Below, in pieces: positions 33,911 to 38,816 of a stretch of 38,816 nt of DNA (its first letter is position 1; every line of letters begins with the position of its first letter). The DNA comes from an uncultured Candidatus Woesearchaeota archaeon (GTDB taxonomy: Archaea > Nanobdellota > Nanobdellia > Woesearchaeales > 21-14-0-10-32-9): the NCBI GenBank assembly GCA_903891505.1, contig CAITEO010000060.1, forward strand, positions 1 through 38,816. Direction: 5' to 3'. The notes beneath the pieces were generated by a model. The model was not told the origin of the DNA. It made no database searches and was given only the letters and a program-made list of their open reading frames with translations. The translations under genes and the position numbers were made by a program.

Positions 33911-34525
33911 ATGGGTTTATTTGGTTCAAATAAAAGCAGTCCTTTAGATATTGTAACTAAGGTTTCAGTGTTTCCTACTATTGGCTCGATAGTGTTGCGA
34001 AAAGATAACAAATTACTTGTTTTTAGTCCACAATACTTGCTTGGCAAACATGGAGATACAAGTAGAGAAGTCGCGTCTAAGTTTATGAATCTCAGTTTAG
34101 CGAAACAATTACTAGAACTCATAGATAATTATGTTTCAAGTAGTAAACTATCTGGTGAAAGAGTGGAAATCAAAGAAATGAATTTCGGGTCTCCAGTTGG
34201 AACTGATGCATTAGTTAAAATTTCACCTGAACAAGCAGGAATGCTTCATCAAGAGAATGTTAGAGGAAACATGATAAATACTATTTTTGTTGATAAAGGT
34301 AAGATTCCCACGACAAATCTTTTGAATATGATTCTAGTTCCATTCAACCCACAGTATGGTGGTGGCGTAGAGCAATTATTTAAACAAAAATATGGAGGAA
34401 TTATAGGCTTTGAGCATTTTGAAGGAGCGTATGCTGTATTGACTATCTTTCCAGGAAAATATGCTCCGCCTATGAGCGATGCCTCATTCTGGAATCAGCA
34501 TGCACTATTGAAAGAAATGAATTAG
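33911..34525 (+). CDS. Hypothetical protein
   Basis: GGAGG SD; clean 204-aa ORF. Confidence 0.65.
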   Translation: MGLFGSNKSSPLDIVTKVSVFPTIGSIVLRKDNKLLVFSPQYLLGKHGDTSREVASKFMNLSLAKQLLELIDNYVSSSKLSGERVEIKEMNFGSPVGTDALVKISPEQAGMLHQENVRGNMINTIFVDKGKIPTTNLLNMILVPFNPQYGGGVEQLFKQKYGGIIGFEHFEGAYAVLTIFPGKYAPPMSDASFWNQHALLKEMN

Positions 34526-34582
34526 ATGGCGTCATATATTTACCAAAATTTATAAATATAATCCGCGCTAATAAGTCATACT

Positions 34583-36847
34583 ATGGCATTCGCTAATTTT
34601 GTTAAACAATGGTTTCATAAAAATACTCCTCCTGATTTGAAAGGTTTTAAATCTTTAAGATCAGACGCTTATTCTGAATTTTCTCAAATTCAAAAGTATT
34701 TTGATAATTATGCGATCAAAAAAGAATTATTAGATGCATTAGTTATATTATCTTCTAAAAAAGATTCTAGGCAGAAAACTATTCTTATTTCATTAAGAAA
34801 TATTTTAAATGCTGACATTGGTAGGAATTTTACTGGATTAGTGTCGTATATAATTCATGCACTTACACAAATTAAAGAAGAATACGAGTTTCTTACAGCT
34901 GCAATAAAAGATCAGGCGCTTGCTATAACAAAAGATGAAAATACACTCAAGGAATTAGAACAAAAAGAATACAAAGCAATCACAGCATTGCAACAAATAT
35001 TAGAGGGCAAATTGTTGCCTATTTTGAAAGCTCAAAAAGAATTTTTGAGTACAGACAATATTGAACAAATCATTAATCAGAAAAGCAACATCATATCATT
35101 ATTAAATGAAGAAGGACGCACACTTGTATATATAAGACAAATTGTACAAGAATTAATTGCGGAGATAATTCAATCAATAAAAATTGCTGAAGTGCCTATA
35201 GAAATAAGAATTCCAGGAAGTGCAAATGAATTAAAAGGATTTCAGACTGCTGAAGGTACATTCTTACGTAAGAAAAGCGGTGGCGAAAAATATCCTGGAA
35301 AAGCAATACTTATAGAACAACGAAGTGAATATGGCGGAGTACTTTTTTCTCAACATCTTGGTTTGCGAGCACCAACAATCACATTAGATTCTATGACTCC
35401 GGAAGAAATGAATTTTATTAACACACACGAATTTATATCCAACAAAGATGCTATCTACAACATCATATCAAGTAAAAAAATGAATGTTGCATACATTGAG
35501 AACACAAAACCGCTATTTGATGTTCGTGGAGAGGTAAAAGATGTTATGCGCGGATTAGATCCAGGATATTTATTTGCATGGCCTCCAAAATCTCAACAAG
35601 AGATGATACTTTTATTTTTCTTGGATGTCTTCATTAGTAATTATGATCGTCATGGAAAAAATATAATGGTTGATTCAACAAACAACATTTTTCCAATAGA
35701 CCCCGCCATGGGATTTAATACCGTTAACTTTGTAGCGAAATCATTTAGCGAATCCTATGGTTATCCATTTACTCCAAATATTAATTTAGAAAATTATAAG
35801 TCATTTTTATATAATTCATTTACAAGGTATATTCTTTGTGTTCAAACTGCATCTGACTTAAAATGGGCTGCTGAACACATTTCATCAAAATTTGATGATG
35901 CTACTATTAGAACACTTGTTGGAAGAATGTATGAGCTACGACCAAAAGTAGAATTTTTACCCCCAGAAAAGAGCATATATGCATCTTCTGACGTTCGTGA
36001 TTTATCTCATGATGAAATGATAAGTATTCTTATATCACGCAGAAATGAACTTTTATCAATGATTCTAAATTGGGATACATTCTCCAGACAAGTAGAAGTT
36101 TTTGATTTGTTTTTTGATGAATACATGAAAAAAGGAAAAGTGTCAGACGTTCCTTATACTCCTCAGTATTGTACTTTTAGAGACCACGCAATGATCAGAA
36201 AAGTATTCTATGACAACAAAGCACCAATAAAACGAGAAGATGCTATACGTTCATATTATGAAGAACAACAAAAGAAATACACCACTCAAGATGTAATTAA
36301 AACGGTTATCTCGGATTATTCTACTAGTCATGAAGAACCATGCAAATTAGAAGCTCAAATACGTAAAGATCATGAACTTGCATTAAGAAATAGAGATTCT
36401 GTTTCAAGAACGTTATTATCCGTAATAATTTCAGATATCAAATATGCTGAATTAAGAAAGCGCGATGAACAAGTAGAAAAAATTGATTTCAGAAAAAGAT
36501 TATCTTCTCTTAAAAGTTTAAAAATAAAATTAAATGATGATGAAATCATGTTGGTCGTATTTAGACGTATTAAAGAAAATAAAGATATGATTGAAAAAGC
36601 ACTTCAAGTAAAAAGAACTGATATGATTATACAATGCGAAACAGATAATAAATTACTACATAGATATGTTCCTAGACAATTAGAGGATGATGAATTAAAA
36701 AATATTATTACAGCATATGTTGCTGAATCTGGAAATAATGCTAATCCTGGAATAATAATTGGGCGTTTAATGAAAGAATACAAAGGAAAAGTTGATGGCA
36801 AAAAAGTTAATATGTTTGTTAGCGAAGTTTTACAAAGAGCGGCTTAA
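34583..36847 (+). CDS. Coiled-coil + HipA/PI3,4-kinase-like domain + GatB/YqeY domain fusion
   Basis: FLDVFISNYDRHGKNIMV...FPIDPAMGF; C-terminal KLEAQIRKDHELALRNRD...YVPRQL...IGRLMKEYKGKVDGKKV. Confidence 0.75.
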   Translation: MAFANFVKQWFHKNTPPDLKGFKSLRSDAYSEFSQIQKYFDNYAIKKELLDALVILSSKKDSRQKTILISLRNILNADIGRNFTGLVSYIIHALTQIKEEYEFLTAAIKDQALAITKDENTLKELEQKEYKAITALQQILEGKLLPILKAQKEFLSTDNIEQIINQKSNIISLLNEEGRTLVYIRQIVQELIAEIIQSIKIAEVPIEIRIPGSANELKGFQTAEGTFLRKKSGGEKYPGKAILIEQRSEYGGVLFSQHLGLRAPTITLDSMTPEEMNFINTHEFISNKDAIYNIISSKKMNVAYIENTKPLFDVRGEVKDVMRGLDPGYLFAWPPKSQQEMILLFFLDVFISNYDRHGKNIMVDSTNNIFPIDPAMGFNTVNFVAKSFSESYGYPFTPNINLENYKSFLYNSFTRYILCVQTASDLKWAAEHISSKFDDATIRTLVGRMYELRPKVEFLPPEKSIYASSDVRDLSHDEMISILISRRNELLSMILNWDTFSRQVEVFDLFFDEYMKKGKVSDVPYTPQYCTFRDHAMIRKVFYDNKAPIKREDAIRSYYEEQQKKYTTQDVIKTVISDYSTSHEEPCKLEAQIRKDHELALRNRDSVSRTLLSVIISDIKYAELRKRDEQVEKIDFRKRLSSLKSLKIKLNDDEIMLVVFRRIKENKDMIEKALQVKRTDMIIQCETDNKLLHRYVPRQLEDDELKNIITAYVAESGNNANPGIIIGRLMKEYKGKVDGKKVNMFVSEVLQRAA

Positions 36848-37252
36848 TTAATTATCCATTGGATGCATTAATTTATTTTTAACGTGTTTTTCATATTTTT
36901 CGTTTAATATTTGTACTGGTTCACCAATCACTTGAAAGATATTTCCTATTTTGCAAGTAGAATCATATTGGCTATACTCTCTATTACCTAGATGAAATTT
37001 AAGCGAGGCCATAATTGTATTTTTCATATTTGTTTGGGGTACTATGCATTGCCCGTGCTGTATTAATTGGACATAATGTTCTACAGTCTTCTCGCATCCT
37101 ATGTCGTCTATTTCATATTCAAACCTATCAGTTCCCACCTCTTGAACTATAACTCCTGATGGTTCAAATGGCTCATCTACACTTCTTCTGTAATATGTTA
37201 ATAAGTACAACGATAATTTGTCTTCATGCATATTATTATAAAAGCGCACCAA
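36848..37252 (-). CDS. Hypothetical protein
   Basis: 134-aa ORF convergent on the kinase; start uncertain. Confidence 0.5.
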   Translation of the reverse strand: MVRFYNNMHEDKLSLYLLTYYRRSVDEPFEPSGVIVQEVGTDRFEYEIDDIGCEKTVEHYVQLIQHGQCIVPQTNMKNTIMASLKFHLGNREYSQYDSTCKIGNIFQVIGEPVQILNEKYEKHVKNKLMHPMDN

Positions 37253-37322
37253 TTTATAAATTTTACTACTATTTAATGATTAATTCAGTAATCTTTATAA
37301 ATTAACCTTCGTTCCACAATAT

Positions 37323-37856
37323 ATGAACTTAGATTTTTCACCTGAAACAAATACAGAGGAAAGAATAATAAACTCTGAATTATTTAAACATGCAATATTG
37401 TGGGGCGTTGCTAGACCCGGACATCCTGAAGGAAATCTAGGCACACACATCAAACACATATTAGACTACATAAATAAATCAGACCAAACAGAATATAGAA
37501 AAGATTTAAGATTGTTGGCCTTATTGCATGATATTGGAAAACCATACACAGAAGGCACGCACAACAGCCACGCGATACTATCTGCTAAACTCGCACAAAT
37601 ATACACTTCTGATTCAACAATAATACACACAATAGAGCTTTCAGATAAGTATTACGGACTATATAAAAATTCATTAAGACAAAAAAATATGAATGATGAA
37701 AAGATTAAATCCATTTATGCAGGTGCTGATTTGCAATTGCTTTTAAGATTTAATTATGCCGATTCTGCAGATAGACCAAAAACTGCAATAAATTGGTTTG
37801 AAGATAAATTATTTGAACTAGGATTAACAACCAAAAAATTATACAAAATAGACTAA
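37323..37856 (+). CDS. HD-domain protein
   Basis: HPEGNLGTH, ALLHDIGK, HAILSA, YAD. Confidence 0.8.
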   Translation: MNLDFSPETNTEERIINSELFKHAILWGVARPGHPEGNLGTHIKHILDYINKSDQTEYRKDLRLLALLHDIGKPYTEGTHNSHAILSAKLAQIYTSDSTIIHTIELSDKYYGLYKNSLRQKNMNDEKIKSIYAGADLQLLLRFNYADSADRPKTAINWFEDKLFELGLTTKKLYKID

Positions 37857-37959
37857 AAAATTACCCTTAACGAAATCTAAACGTAGAAGGATGCTTCATT
37901 TTTTTATTCGTGATTTTCTTCTACATCATTTGTAGGTATTATTAAAAAAAGCCTTCGGG

Positions 37960-38816
37960 TTACTTTTGTGCTTTCTTGAACTCCTCGAACTTCTTCATTA
38001 TCTCAGGATTCTTCAATAGTTCCATCATAGCTTTTATTGTATCATTTGTTTCTTCCTCAAGAATTTCTTGATTCTTCAGGTGTATCTTTATTGAAAGAGG
38101 TCTATAACAATTCGGGCAATAGTCTTCATCGAACTTGACTGGTGCATTACAAACAGAACATCTTTTCGGTTTACTCTTTTCATCTTCTTGTACGATGCCT
38201 TTAGATTTCAGATACGCTTCGCGTATCTGTTTTTGTCCGAGATGTGTGTAGTTGTTTAGTTGTTTTGATCCTGGAGACCATCCCATTCTTACACATCTTA
38301 CGTCGGGCGTGAGTTCAGTAGCATCTAGTGAAGCTCTGCTATGTCTAAACCAATGTAAATTATGTTTCTTTTTTATTCCTGCTCTTTCCATGCAGTCTTT
38401 GACCAGATTTGTTGCACCAGTATGTCTTAGAGGTAATGGCCCATGTTCTTGTTCGAGTGCACGTAAACGTTTCTTCTTTATGTTATCCTGATACCACATC
38501 GGTGCTTCTTCATTTTGTTTGGCCGGATGCACATCCAAGTATTTTATTATGTGACCAACACTGTCAATTATGTCAACTGATCTTGGTTTTGTTTTACTTA
38601 TTGGAAAGAATACTTCTCCTATGCCTTGGCCATTTACTTTAAAGTGTTTTACTTTCATACCGAGCATCTCTCCAGTTCTAGCTCCTGTCTCGTGGAGTAA
38701 TGAAATGAATGCTTTTTCTTTAGGAGTTCTACAACCCTTAGACAGAATTATGGATATATCCTCTTCAGTAATTACTTCAGTCGGATCTATTTCTTTTGTC
38801 TCAAAAGAAGTTTTGA
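37960..38816 (-). CDS. Tyrosine integrase with C-terminal zinc ribbon, 5' end outside the window
   Basis: Frame is open upstream of the track start to the window edge (LLHETGARTGE); HWFRHSRA, RMGW, NNYTH, CSVC..CPNC. Confidence 0.88.
   Translation of the reverse strand, partial: KTSFETKEIDPTEVITEEDISIILSKGCRTPKEKAFISLLHETGARTGEMLGMKVKHFKVNGQGIGEVFFPISKTKPRSVDIIDSVGHIIKYLDVHPAKQNEEAPMWYQDNIKKKRLRALEQEHGPLPLRHTGATNLVKDCMERAGIKKKHNLHWFRHSRASLDATELTPDVRCVRMGWSPGSKQLNNYTHLGQKQIREAYLKSKGIVQEDEKSKPKRCSVCNAPVKFDEDYCPNCYRPLSIKIHLKNQEILEEETNDTIKAMMELLKNPEIMKKFEEFKKAQK

Larger units (their letters stand above)
30156..38816. mobile_element. Probable second integrative element, right end outside the window
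   Basis: Run of accessory genes ending in an integrase. Left boundary is tentative (tRNA-3'-like GCGCTCGGGGTGAA at 30156-30169). Confidence 0.6.

Overview
AT-rich archaeal DNA. Gene content, GGAGG/GGTGA Shine-Dalgarno motifs, TATA boxes and an intron-containing tRNA suggest a DPANN lineage such as Woesearchaeota (inference). Three zones. (1) 1121-12752: an ~11.6 kb element integrated at the 3' end of an intron-containing tRNA-Ile(GAU) and bounded by an 18-bp direct repeat. It carries a diversity-generating retroelement (DGR): an 81-bp template repeat (TR, 1848-1928), two target genes whose C-terminal variable repeats (VR) differ from TR only at adenines, and a reverse transcriptase with an unusual C-terminal HTH/Cys extension. 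No Avd gene is recognisable. The two targets are interleaved in one tightly coupled operon with a MoxR-type AAA+ ATPase and an HExxH+vWA protein. This diversified-receptor/MoxR/vWA module is the best candidate for an undescribed system. The element also has two short tyrosine recombinases and a membrane-anchored PD-(D/E)xK-like protein. (2) ~13000-30150: core genes (TatD, PPDK, archease, RtcB, metallophosphoesterase, TsaC/Sua5, NUDIX, Cdc6/Orc1, adenylate kinase, HAD) with palindromic intergenic repeats and a microprotein operon. (3) ~30150 to the end: a second probable island (AbrB-type regulator, wHTH proteins, HExxH peptidase, a HipA/PI4K-like kinase fused to YqeY, an HD protein, and an integrase cut by the window edge). 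All family calls come from reading motifs by eye; no searches were run.
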